The notes under the pieces: model-generated | Seen by the model: the letters and a program-made list of their open reading frames with translations, nothing else | The model's database searches: none | Told to the model about the DNA's origin: nothing | In this document: positions 39,496 to 48,110 of the stretch, piece by piece | Layout: the number at the start of each line of letters is the position of its first letter | How positions within the stretch are numbered: the stretch's first letter is position 1 | Assembly (NCBI GenBank): GCA_963664435.2 | Contig: CAXXKM010000003.1 | Coordinates: forward strand, 992,001 to 1,056,000 | DNA from: Longimicrobiales bacterium | Lineage (GTDB): Bacteria; Gemmatimonadota; Gemmatimonadetes; Longimicrobiales; Gaopeijiaceae | Length of the DNA stretch: 64,000 bases | Direction of reading: 5' to 3' | Position numbers and translations under genes: made by a program

Positions 39496-40472
39496 GCCAC
39501 CTCCTCCGCCTTGGCCGCCTCGGCCTTCTCCGGCCGCCCGCCCGCCAGCAGGTAGAGCACGGCCATGCGCACCGCCACCCCGTTGGTGACCTGCTCGAGG
39601 ATCACCGAGTGCGGCCCGTCGGCCACGTCGCTGTCGATCTCCACCCCCCGGTTCATGGGGCCCGGGTGGAGGATGAGGAGCGGCTCGGGCGCCGCCGCCA
39701 GCCGCGCGCGCGAGACCCCCCAGATGCGGTTGTACTCGCGCAGGCTGGGCACGAAGCCGGCTTCCATGCGCTCGAGCTGGAGGCGCAGCACGTTCAGGGC
39801 GTGGGCCCACTCGATCGCCTCCTCGATTCGATGGAAGATGCGCACCCCGAGTTCGCGCATGTGCGGGGGGATAAGCGTCGGTGGGCCGCACACGCCGACC
39901 TCGGCGCCCAGCGTGAGCAGCCCGAAGATGTTGGAGCGCGCCACCCGCGAGTGCCGCACGTCCCCGACGATGCACACCCGCCGGCCGGCGATGGCCCCCA
40001 GATGATCCCGCAGCGTCAGCATGTCCAGCAGCGCCTGGGTAGGGTGCTCGTGGGCGCCGTCGCCTGCGTTGATCACGTTGGAGGGAATGCGCTCCGCGAG
40101 GAACCGGGCCGCGCCCGACGCCCAGTGCCGCATCACCACCATGTCGATCTTCATCGCCTCCAGGTTGCGGGCGGTGTCCACCAGCGTCTCCCCCTTCGCC
40201 ACGGAGGAACGGCTCGCGCCGATGTTGACGGTATCCGCCGCGAGGCGCTTCTCCGCGAACTCGAAGGAGATGCGCGTGCGCGTCGAGGCCTCGAAGAAGA
40301 GGTTGACGATGGTAAGGCCGCGCAGGGTGGGCACCTTCTTGATGCGCCGCTCGGAGATCTCCTTGAACGGCTCCGCGGTGTCGAGGATGCTGGTGATCCG
40401 GCGGGCGCCGAGATGTTCGATGCCGACGAGGTCCTTCCCGAGCCCCGCGGCGGCGGCGGCGGAACGGCTCAC
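39492..40472 (-). CDS. pyrB: Aspartate carbamoyltransferase catalytic subunit
   Basis: [25 protein letters not shown] and [11 protein letters not shown]. Confidence 0.97.
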   Translation of the reverse strand: MSRSAAAAAGLGKDLVGIEHLGARRITSILDTAEPFKEISERRIKKVPTLRGLTIVNLFFEASTRTRISFEFAEKRLAADTVNIGASRSSVAKGETLVDTARNLEAMKIDMVVMRHWASGAARFLAERIPSNVINAGDGAHEHPTQALLDMLTLRDHLGAIAGRRVCIVGDVRHSRVARSNIFGLLTLGAEVGVCGPPTLIPPHMRELGVRIFHRIEEAIEWAHALNVLRLQLERMEAGFVPSLREYNRIWGVSRARLAAAPEPLLILHPGPMNRGVEIDSDVADGPHSVILEQVTNGVAVRMAVLYLLAGGRPEKAEAAKAEEVA

Positions 40473-41035
40473 GCCGCCTCCGGCGATGTCGTGACGACAT
40501 CCACGCCGAGCACCCCGTCGATCTCCGGCACCATCACGTCGACGCGCTGATGCGGCAGCACCGTCACCGCCCGGCCGACGATGTCGGGCTGGATGGGCAG
40601 TTCGCGGCCGGCCCTGTCCACCAGGGCGCAGTAGTAGATGCGGGACGCGCGCCCCCAGTCCATCAGCTCGTTCATGGCCGCGCGGGCGGTGCGCCCGGTG
40701 AAGATGACGTCGTCCACGACGACCACCGCCCGGTTGTCGATTCCCCCCGGGGGAAGCTTCGACTCACCGATCACCGGCCTGGGCCCGATCGCCATCAGGT
40801 CGTCGCGGTAGAGGGTGATGTCTATGGACCCTCGCGGAACGCGGACTCCGGCCGCGCGCTCGATCTCGTCCTGCAGCAGGTGCGCGATCTGGACGCCCCG
40901 GCGGTGGATCCCCATCAGCGCGAGGCGCTCCGTCCCCTCGTTGCGCTCCAGGATTTCCCGCGCCATGCGGGCGATCGCTCGTCCCACCGCGTCTTCTCGC
41001 ATGATCGGGATGCGGAACTGATCGGGCATGGTCAC
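40469..41035 (-). CDS. pyrR: PyrR regulator/UPRTase
   Basis: [24 protein letters not shown] and GRELPIQPD. Confidence 0.95.
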   Translation of the reverse strand: MTMPDQFRIPIMREDAVGRAIARMAREILERNEGTERLALMGIHRRGVQIAHLLQDEIERAAGVRVPRGSIDITLYRDDLMAIGPRPVIGESKLPPGGIDNRAVVVVDDVIFTGRTARAAMNELMDWGRASRIYYCALVDRAGRELPIQPDIVGRAVTVLPHQRVDVMVPEIDGVLGVDVVTTSPEAA

Positions 41036-41080
41036 CGGCGGTGAAGGCGGGGTTCCGTCAGCGTTGCGGGCGCGCGAGGG

Positions 41081-41108
41081 AAGCTAGCGTGCGGGCGCGC
41101 CGACGCAA
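41081..41108 (-). promoter_or_regulatory. Possible sigma70 promoter for pyrRBC
   Basis: TTGCGT-N16-TAGCTT on the minus strand, about 45 nt before pyrR. Confidence 0.35.
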
Positions 41109-41137
41109 ACACCGGGGTGCGCGCCGCCGAGCGGATC

Positions 41138-41566
41138 TCAGTTGTTGCGGGCGCCCGTGTCGATCCACTGCCTGATCACCGCGATCTCCTCGGCGGTGAA
41201 GGGCAGCCTGCCGATGGGCATCGACCGGCCTACGATGCTCGGACGGCCCTCCATCTTGTGAACCAGATAGCTGTTCTCCGCGTCGCCCGGCGTCACGAGA
41301 TCGAGTTCGACCTGCGTGCTGGGCACGTTCACCAGGTTGGCGAAGGACCGGCCCGCCGACAGGTCGAGGCCGGCCTCCGGGTTGGACTGGCCATGGTGGG
41401 AAGCGCAGAACGGAGTGAACACCTGGGTCTGGATGCTGGACAGGGTCGGCATCAGCGTGTCGGTTTCCTCGGGCCCGGTGGCGGAATCGCCCCGGCAGGC
41501 GGCGACACCCAGCATGACGGCGAGCAGGGGGAGGAGAGGCCGCAGACCGCGGTGCGGAGTTGTCAT
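41138..41566 (-). CDS. Lipoprotein, cytochrome-c-like with variant haem motif
   Basis: Lipobox VAAC; IQTQVFTPFCASHHG, GLDL, PGDAENSYL, SMP and IRQWIDTGA resemble planctomycete-type cytochrome c domains. Confidence 0.75.
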   Translation of the reverse strand: MTTPHRGLRPLLPLLAVMLGVAACRGDSATGPEETDTLMPTLSSIQTQVFTPFCASHHGQSNPEAGLDLSAGRSFANLVNVPSTQVELDLVTPGDAENSYLVHKMEGRPSIVGRSMPIGRLPFTAEEIAVIRQWIDTGARNN

Positions 41567-41915
41567 GGTTCGCACGAGGTGGTCCTGTCTTTTCGGGAAT
41601 ACCCGGAGGCCAAAGATACCGGCGCACATTCGCCGACGGCAACGCTCCGATGCGATGGTGGCCGCACTGCAACCGCGCGTGCGAACTGCGAATTCCAGGA
41701 GATGCGGCACTCTGAACGGCAGCCGGGACACTACCGGATCCAGGTGCGGGCGATTCGCCGGTTGGCGATCATCGGCACCCGGAGCGCGAGCCCGGGCTTC
41801 CCGGTCGCCCTGCGTGCGTGGCTGCGATACCTTGCCAACGAACGTGGCGGACCGCTGCGCGCGCGCCTCCGGGCGCCCACACCCGTTCATCTCCCAACCC
41901 TGCCGAGGACTCTCG

Positions 41916-43853
41916 ATGCGGCGCACATCGTACGCTCTCCTGCTCCTCCTGTCCGTCCTCGCCTCCGCCGTCGGCCCACTTGCCGCGCAGGGGGTCGAGG
42001 AGCATCCGGCCGTGGTCATGGGAGGCTTGCCGTTCGTGCTCACCCTTGCGGGCGCGCCCGACGAGTCGAGCTGGTTCGAGGTCCGCGATGCCAGCGGCAC
42101 CCTGCTCCGGTCCGGATCCGTCGACGCAAGCCAGTCGCTGACGGTGCCCGATCTGGTCGTGGAATCGCGGGCGGATCTGCCCCTGGAGGTGCGCGTCGGC
42201 GCGGCCACCGAGACCGTCGCACCCCACTATGCGCCCCCGTGGTACTCCATTGTGCCGCCGCTGGTCGCGATCCTGCTCGCGCTGATCTTCCGCGAGGTGC
42301 TGGCCGCGCTGTTCGCGGGGGTTTGGCTGGGCGCGCTGGCGTACACGGGGTTCAACCCGCTGCTGGCCACCTGGCGCACGGTCGACACCTTCATCGTGCC
42401 CGCGCTGGCCGACGACTCGGGCCAGACGCAGATCGTGGTGTTCTCGCTTCTGCTCGGCGGGATGGTGGGCATCATCGCCCGAAACGGGGGCACGCTCGGC
42501 ATCGTGGAGGCGGTATCGCCGGTCGCCACCACCCCGCGCCGGGGAAAACTCGCCACCTGGCTCGCGGGGCTGACCATCTTCTTCGACGACTACGCCAACA
42601 CCCTCATCGTGGGCACGACCATGCGGCCCATCACCGACCGCCTGCGCATCTCGCGCGAGAAGCTGGCGTACCTGGTCGACTCCACGGCGGCGCCCGTGGC
42701 GGCCATCGTCCCGATCTCGACCTGGGTCGGCTACGAGATCTCGCTCATCGACCAGGGGCTGCAGCTCGCGGCGGAGCAGAATGCGCCCACGAACCCGGAG
42801 CTGGCGGCGTCGCTGGCATCATCGAGCGCCTTCACCGTATTCCTCACCACCATTCCATATCTCTTCTATCCCCTGCTCGCGCTGGTCTTCGTGGCGCTGG
42901 TGAGCTACACCAACCGCGACCTGGGAGAGATGGCCACCGCGGAACGGCGCGCCGCCCGCGGGGAGGGGCTGACGCGGCCCGGTTCGATGCCGGTCACGGA
43001 CACGAGCGACTCCCTCCTGCAGCCGGTCGAGGGTGCGCCCCGCCGCTGGTGGAACGCCGCCCTTCCGGTGATCACGGTTGTCCTCACCGTCCTGATCGGG
43101 TTGTACGTGTCCGGGAGCGCGGTGACCGGCCCGGGCGCGTCGCTGATGGACGTGCTGGGGCAGGCCGACCCGTATGCCACCCTGCTGTGGGGTTCGCTGG
43201 CGGGGTGCCTGGTGGCCATGGCGCTTTCGCTCGCGCAGCGCATCCTCACCCTGCAGGAGACGTTGTCGGCGGTGGTCGCGGGAATGAAGGCGATGATGAC
43301 CGCGATGCTGGTGCTCATCCTGGCGTGGTCTCTGGGCGCGATCACCGGCGAGATCGGGACGGCCGCCTTCCTGGCGCAGCTCCTGGGAGACTCCATTCCC
43401 TTCCAGATGATACCTGCTCTCGTATTCGTCACGGCGGCGGCGATGGCCTTCGCGACCGGGACCTCGTGGGCCACGATGGCCATCCTCATTCCACTGGTGA
43501 TCCCGCTCACCATCACGCTCGGGGGCGGCGTCGGCTTCGACGGAGGCACCGGCCAGGTGGTGCTGCTGGGCGCGACCGCTTCGGTGCTGGCGGGCGCCAT
43601 CTTCGGGGACCACTGCTCGCCCATCTCCGACACGACGGTGTTGTCGTCCACCGCCTCCGGCTGCGATCACGTCGATCACGTGCGCACGCAGCTGCCGTAC
43701 GCCCTGCTGGTGGGTGTCGTGGGCATCCTGCTCGGCAATATCGGCACCGCATACGGTCTGCCGCCCTGGATGGCGCTGCTGCTCGGCGTAGCCGTACTGT
43801 GGGGCGTCCTGCGGTTCTGGGGAAGGTCCACCGAAGCAGAGGCGGCGGGATAG
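41916..43853 (+). CDS. Na+/H+ antiporter NhaC-family transporter
   Basis: FFDDYANTL, SREKLAYLVDSTAAP, ATGTSW and GDHCSPISDTT. Confidence 0.92.
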   Translation: MRRTSYALLLLLSVLASAVGPLAAQGVEEHPAVVMGGLPFVLTLAGAPDESSWFEVRDASGTLLRSGSVDASQSLTVPDLVVESRADLPLEVRVGAATETVAPHYAPPWYSIVPPLVAILLALIFREVLAALFAGVWLGALAYTGFNPLLATWRTVDTFIVPALADDSGQTQIVVFSLLLGGMVGIIARNGGTLGIVEAVSPVATTPRRGKLATWLAGLTIFFDDYANTLIVGTTMRPITDRLRISREKLAYLVDSTAAPVAAIVPISTWVGYEISLIDQGLQLAAEQNAPTNPELAASLASSSAFTVFLTTIPYLFYPLLALVFVALVSYTNRDLGEMATAERRAARGEGLTRPGSMPVTDTSDSLLQPVEGAPRRWWNAALPVITVVLTVLIGLYVSGSAVTGPGASLMDVLGQADPYATLLWGSLAGCLVAMALSLAQRILTLQETLSAVVAGMKAMMTAMLVLILAWSLGAITGEIGTAAFLAQLLGDSIPFQMIPALVFVTAAAMAFATGTSWATMAILIPLVIPLTITLGGGVGFDGGTGQVVLLGATASVLAGAIFGDHCSPISDTTVLSSTASGCDHVDHVRTQLPYALLVGVVGILLGNIGTAYGLPPWMALLLGVAVLWGVLRFWGRSTEAEAAG

Positions 43854-43895
43854 CGGATCGCGGGCTCGAATCGGAGCAGGCTCCGGCGGGATCGG

Positions 43896-43922
43896 ACTAG
43901 TTTAGCTAACTTGACTTAGTCA
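43896..43922. repeat. AT-rich motif with stops in all six frames (copy 2)
   Basis: ACTAGTTTAGCTAACTTGACTTAGTCA; shares an inverted 16-bp core with 28253-28268. Confidence 0.8.
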
Positions 43923-44440
43923 GATATCTGGCGGCGCGCCCTGAAGAATGACCGCAGCAGTTCCCCCGAGGGCTCGGCCAGCACGCCGACCGTCAGCTCG
44001 ACGGAGTGATTGAGACGAGGGTCCTGGACCAGGTTGTGGAGGCTGCCCGCCATCCCCGCCTTGGGGTCGGGGGCGCCGTAGACCAGGCGCGCAACCCGCG
44101 CCAGGACGATCGCGCCGGCGCACTGGGCACAGGGCTCCAGGGTGACGAAAAGGGTTGCGCCGGGGAGGATCCGGAGCCCAAGCCTGCGGGCCGCGGCGCG
44201 CAGCACCACGACTTCCGCGTGCGCCGTTGGGTCCGTATCGGCGCGCGTCCGGTTGTGCCCCTCGGCCACGACGCGGCCATCCATCACCAGCACGGCTCCC
44301 ACCGGCACTTCGGAACGGGCTTCCGCGAGCCGCGCCATCTCCAGGGCACGGGCCATGAACGTGCGGTCTCCGGGCCGGAAGGCGCTCGCCCCCCGGGAAG
44401 AGCGGACAGCCCCTGGACAGCTAGCGGTGCTGCCGGTCAC
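43916..44440 (-). CDS. tadA: tRNA adenosine(34) deaminase
   Basis: EVPVGAV, DPTAHAE, TLEPCAQC, DPRLNH and FFRARR; start uncertain (44356-44539). Confidence 0.93.
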   Translation of the reverse strand: MTGSTASCPGAVRSSRGASAFRPGDRTFMARALEMARLAEARSEVPVGAVLVMDGRVVAEGHNRTRADTDPTAHAEVVVLRAAARRLGLRILPGATLFVTLEPCAQCAGAIVLARVARLVYGAPDPKAGMAGSLHNLVQDPRLNHSVELTVGVLAEPSGELLRSFFRARRQISD

Positions 44441-45152
44441 GCCTCCCGCGTCCTTCGCGCGCATCGGCGATTCGCCGGGAACTTCGGCGCCAGCGGCGGC
44501 CCGGAGGCGGGTCACCGGATGCGTCCGGGCCGGGGCCATCTCCCACGCTCCGCAGGAGGGCCGCCACCCTGCCGGCGACGGCCAGGTCCTCCAAGTGCAT
44601 CGCGGGAATGCCGGGGGCGGCTGATGAACCGGGATGCAGGACTTCGCCGGCCTGGTCGTAGCGGTAGAAACCCGCCCCGTCGGTCAGATGCACGGCCAGA
44701 ACGTCGCCATCGCGGATTTCATGCGCGAGGAGGGGCTGCACCAGCAGGAGATCGCCGTCTCCATATCCCAGCGCGCCGGCCTCGTCGCCCGATATCCTGA
44801 CGAAGAACGAACCCGCCCTGCCGGCCAGGCGGCGGTCGATGGCGTAGGATTGCGCCGACTCCTCCTCCTCGACATCGCCTCGGCGGTGTGGAATCCGCGA
44901 ATGGCAGGGCACCGAGAGAGTCTCGGCGTGCAGGTCGAGGCCAACGATGCGCGCGCCTCGGGAGCGGGACGGGTCGCGCTCCAGGTATCCCTTGGCGGCG
45001 AGTGCCTTGAGGTGTTCGGAGACGGTCTTGGTGCTCTTGATGCCGAATCTCGCCCCGATCTCGCGAACCGACGGTTGATAGGTATGCCGGCGCAGATAGG
45101 ACTCCATGTAGTCCAGTATGCCGCGCTCGATCTCGTTTGGAGGTGGGAGCAT
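44421..45152 (-). CDS. lexA: LexA-family repressor, apparently non-cleavable
   Basis: LexA winged HTH (PSVREIG...HLKALAAKGYLER...SRG); degenerate S24 domain (GDEA, GDLLLV, DGDVL, VAGRV). Confidence 0.75.
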   Translation of the reverse strand: MLPPPNEIERGILDYMESYLRRHTYQPSVREIGARFGIKSTKTVSEHLKALAAKGYLERDPSRSRGARIVGLDLHAETLSVPCHSRIPHRRGDVEEEESAQSYAIDRRLAGRAGSFFVRISGDEAGALGYGDGDLLLVQPLLAHEIRDGDVLAVHLTDGAGFYRYDQAGEVLHPGSSAAPGIPAMHLEDLAVAGRVAALLRSVGDGPGPDASGDPPPGRRWRRSSRRIADAREGRGRRDRQHR

Positions 45153-45475
45153 GGACAGTGTTTCGGCGAGTCCGTCGATTCCGTTGGCTGGTCCGCCGAT
45201 CGACTCCGCGGCCGACCGGAAGGGGAGAAATACTAGGCCGGGCAGGGGTGGAGAGCAAGCACGGAATCCCGTATTGCCATGGCCGCGCCCGCGCCTCCTC
45301 GCCACCTTGTTCCAATCGCGCCGATCGGCAACCCTTCGACCGGATCCGTTCGTCAAAACGTCATGGTGTCAGATCATTGGAGCGTAGTGTGGTGTATGGC
45401 TCTCAGTGAACCTGTCGGCACCCCGAATCCCTCGGGCAACCGCCCATCAGCCAGCGATCTGAAGGAATCCGGCCC

Positions 45476-46678
45476 ATGAGCTTTTCGAAGACGACGCTGG
45501 GAGTCACAACCGTCGTGATCATCGCGGTCTTGCTCGGCGGCGGCATTTATCTGCGGTTGCGCCCGGCTCCCGCGGACGAGGATGCCGCAACCCCCTCCGA
45601 AGCGACGACGCTCGAGGTGCCGGATGCCTCCCTTGCGAGCTTTGCGCGGCGCGCCCAGCCGGTGACCGGTGCGCGCGTGCACCGCGATACGCTCTGGATC
45701 AGGATCACGGCTTCGGGGATGGCGGCCGCGTTCCGTCGCGCCACCCTTGTGGCTCGCGTGGCCGGCCAGGTGCGGGACGTCAGGGTGCGCGAGAACGATC
45801 CGGTCGATTCCGATGCCTTCCTCATCCAGATCGACACCACCGAGTACGCGCTGGCGCTGGCGCGGGCCAACAGCACGCTCACCGGGGCCCAGGCCGACTA
45901 CGAGCAGATCGTGCTCTTCGACGACGAAATCGCCGATCCCGAGGTGCGCGCGGAGCGGGCGCGCGTCGCTCGCTCCCGCAGCGGTCTGGATGATGCCATG
46001 GTGAGCGTTCGCCAGGCGGAGCTGGAACTCTCGTGGACGCGAATCAGCGCTCCCTTCGCGGGCCGGGTCGCCGACCTGCGGGTCGTGCCGGCCCAGTTCG
46101 TGGCCCAGGGCGACGAGTTGGTCACCGTCGTGGAGCTGGACCCCATCAAGGTCGAAGCCCAGGTGCTGGAGGGCGAAATCGGGCTCCTGGAGGAGGGCCG
46201 GCGCGCCACCATGACCTTCGCCGCGTTCCCGGGCGAAACCTTCACCGGCACGGTGGAGACCATCAACCCGGTTATCGACCTCGAGACCCGCTCGGCGCGC
46301 GTGACCGTGTTGCTCCCGAACCCCGGCGGCAGGATCAAACCCGGCATGTACGCGAGCGTATCGCTGGACGCGCAGCACTTCACCGAGCGCATCCTGGTCC
46401 CGCGCTCCGCGGTGCTCGAGCGCGACCGGCGCACCATGCTTTTCGTCTTCAACGAGGAGGAGGGGGAAATCGGCCGCACCGAGTGGCGCTACGTCACCAC
46501 CGGGCTCGAAAACGACCAGGTGGTCGAAATCCTGGAGAACCCGGAGACCTCGATGGTCGATCCCGGAGAGATCGTGCTCGTGGATGGCCACCACTTCCTC
46601 GGGCACGACGCCGCCGTCCAGCTCGCTGAAGGAGACATGCCCGCTGGCGCAGCACCTGCCGCCGGGTCGGAACGATGA
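45476..46678 (+). CDS. RND efflux periplasmic adaptor
   Basis: TRISAPFAGRV, INPVIDLETRS and IKPGMYA. Confidence 0.92.
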   Translation: MSFSKTTLGVTTVVIIAVLLGGGIYLRLRPAPADEDAATPSEATTLEVPDASLASFARRAQPVTGARVHRDTLWIRITASGMAAAFRRATLVARVAGQVRDVRVRENDPVDSDAFLIQIDTTEYALALARANSTLTGAQADYEQIVLFDDEIADPEVRAERARVARSRSGLDDAMVSVRQAELELSWTRISAPFAGRVADLRVVPAQFVAQGDELVTVVELDPIKVEAQVLEGEIGLLEEGRRATMTFAAFPGETFTGTVETINPVIDLETRSARVTVLLPNPGGRIKPGMYASVSLDAQHFTERILVPRSAVLERDRRTMLFVFNEEEGEIGRTEWRYVTTGLENDQVVEILENPETSMVDPGEIVLVDGHHFLGHDAAVQLAEGDMPAGAAPAAGSER

Positions 46679-48045
46679 GCCGCCGTGGGACGCTGTTCCG
46701 GCGCGGCATCCTCGCCGCACTGCTGGCGACGGCTCCGCTAGAAGCACAGGAGCCGCAGGTCCTCTCGCTTGAAGAAGCTCTGGAGCTGGCGAGACAGAAC
46801 AATCCCCTGCTGCGCCAGGCCATCAACGAGCTGGAGCTGACGCCGGCCGGGATGCGGGCGGCGTGGGGGGCCTTCCTGCCGTCTCTCTCTCTGGACTACG
46901 GCACCAGCATGACCCTCAACCGGCGGCTTCAAGCCGAGGATTTCTTCGGCAATCCGATCGCCAACCCGAACGTGGAGTGGGCAACCACTTCCTCGTCGAA
47001 CCAGAGCCTGTCCGTCAACGTCGATCTTTTCGAGGGCGGCAGCCGGTTTCACCAGCGGGGAGCCGAGCGCGCCCGCGGCGTCGCCCGGGAGCGGAGAGTC
47101 GAAGCCGAGTTGACCGACACCTTTGCACGCGTCTCCAACAGCTTCTACGAGACCCTCCGGCAGTCGGACCTTCTGGAACTGGAGCTGGCGATCCTGGAGG
47201 GCAAGCGACTCGATTTCGAAAGCACGCGCAGGCTCTTTGAGCTCGCCGTCAGTACGCAGGTCGACGTGCTGGCCGCGGAGTTGGAAATGCAGCAGCAGGA
47301 GCGAGCGGTTCGCGAGGCGGAAAACGAACACGCCAAGGCCTTGCTCACGTTGCGCGCTGAGATCGCCGCGCCGGCCATGGGCGAATTCACGACCCGCGGC
47401 ACCGCATCGGAACCGTTCGGCCCCGAAGCTCTCGATGAAGCGGCGCTCATCACCCGTGCCTTGGAGCTGAGTCCCCGTCTCCGGCAGCGTCGGGCGGAAG
47501 TGGACGCCGGGCGCGCCACGTTGAGTTCGCAGCGGAGTACGCGCTGGCCGACGGTCCGCCTGGGAACCAGCTTCTACCAGAGCGCCCACGGTCAGGAGTT
47601 TGCGGCCGCCTTCGACCCCTTTTCGCAGAATTCCCGCTACGCCCAGGCGCGGTTGAATCTTTCGATTCCAGTCTTCACGGGCTTCTCCACCGAGCGCAAC
47701 ATCGTCGAAGCCCAGGTTCAGCTGGCCAATGCCGAGGAGCAGATGCGCCAGAACCGCATGGAGATCGAGCGGGATGTGCGCTCCCGCCTCATCGACCTTC
47801 GCGGCGCCTGGGACAGCTACCGGCTGGCGGAACGATCGAGCGAGATCGCGGAAGAGCGCCTCAGGCTGGCGCGGGAGGGATACCGCCTGACAACGGTCAC
47901 CTTCCCCGACCTGCAACTCGCGATCGAGGGAGCGGCCAACGAACGGCGCACCGCGATCAACGCCCGCTACGACTTCGTCGCCGCCCGCATCGCCCTCGAA
48001 CAGGTTGTGGGCGGGCCGCTCGACGGCGGCACCCCGCTTCCCTGA
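46675..48045 (+). CDS. TolC-family outer membrane protein
   Basis: Signal peptide; LSLEEALELARQNNP, AFLPSL and coiled-coil repeats. Confidence 0.9.
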   Translation: MSRRGTLFRRGILAALLATAPLEAQEPQVLSLEEALELARQNNPLLRQAINELELTPAGMRAAWGAFLPSLSLDYGTSMTLNRRLQAEDFFGNPIANPNVEWATTSSSNQSLSVNVDLFEGGSRFHQRGAERARGVARERRVEAELTDTFARVSNSFYETLRQSDLLELELAILEGKRLDFESTRRLFELAVSTQVDVLAAELEMQQQERAVREAENEHAKALLTLRAEIAAPAMGEFTTRGTASEPFGPEALDEAALITRALELSPRLRQRRAEVDAGRATLSSQRSTRWPTVRLGTSFYQSAHGQEFAAAFDPFSQNSRYAQARLNLSIPVFTGFSTERNIVEAQVQLANAEEQMRQNRMEIERDVRSRLIDLRGAWDSYRLAERSSEIAEERLRLAREGYRLTTVTFPDLQLAIEGAANERRTAINARYDFVAARIALEQVVGGPLDGGTPLP

Positions 48046-48110
48046 CGCATGTCGATCCCCGGTCCCCGACGCATGTCGATTCCCGGTCCCTGACGAATGT
48101 CGATTCCCCG
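48040..48110 (+). repeat. About 3 copies of a 24-bp tandem repeat covering the tolC stop and RND start
   Basis: CCCTGACGCATGTCGATCCCCGGT / CCCCGACGCATGTCGATTCCCGGT / CCCTGACGAATGTCGATTCCCCG; contains mini-ORF 48049-48093 (MSIPGPRRMSIPGP). Confidence 0.9.

Noticed and set aside
41036..41137. PyrR attenuator leader
   Set aside because: The leader is short, with no recognisable PyrR-binding loop or U-tailed terminator.
36253..48110. CRISPR interpretation of the 19-bp and 24-bp repeats
   Set aside because: The units are directly tandem with no spacers, and no cas genes are present.
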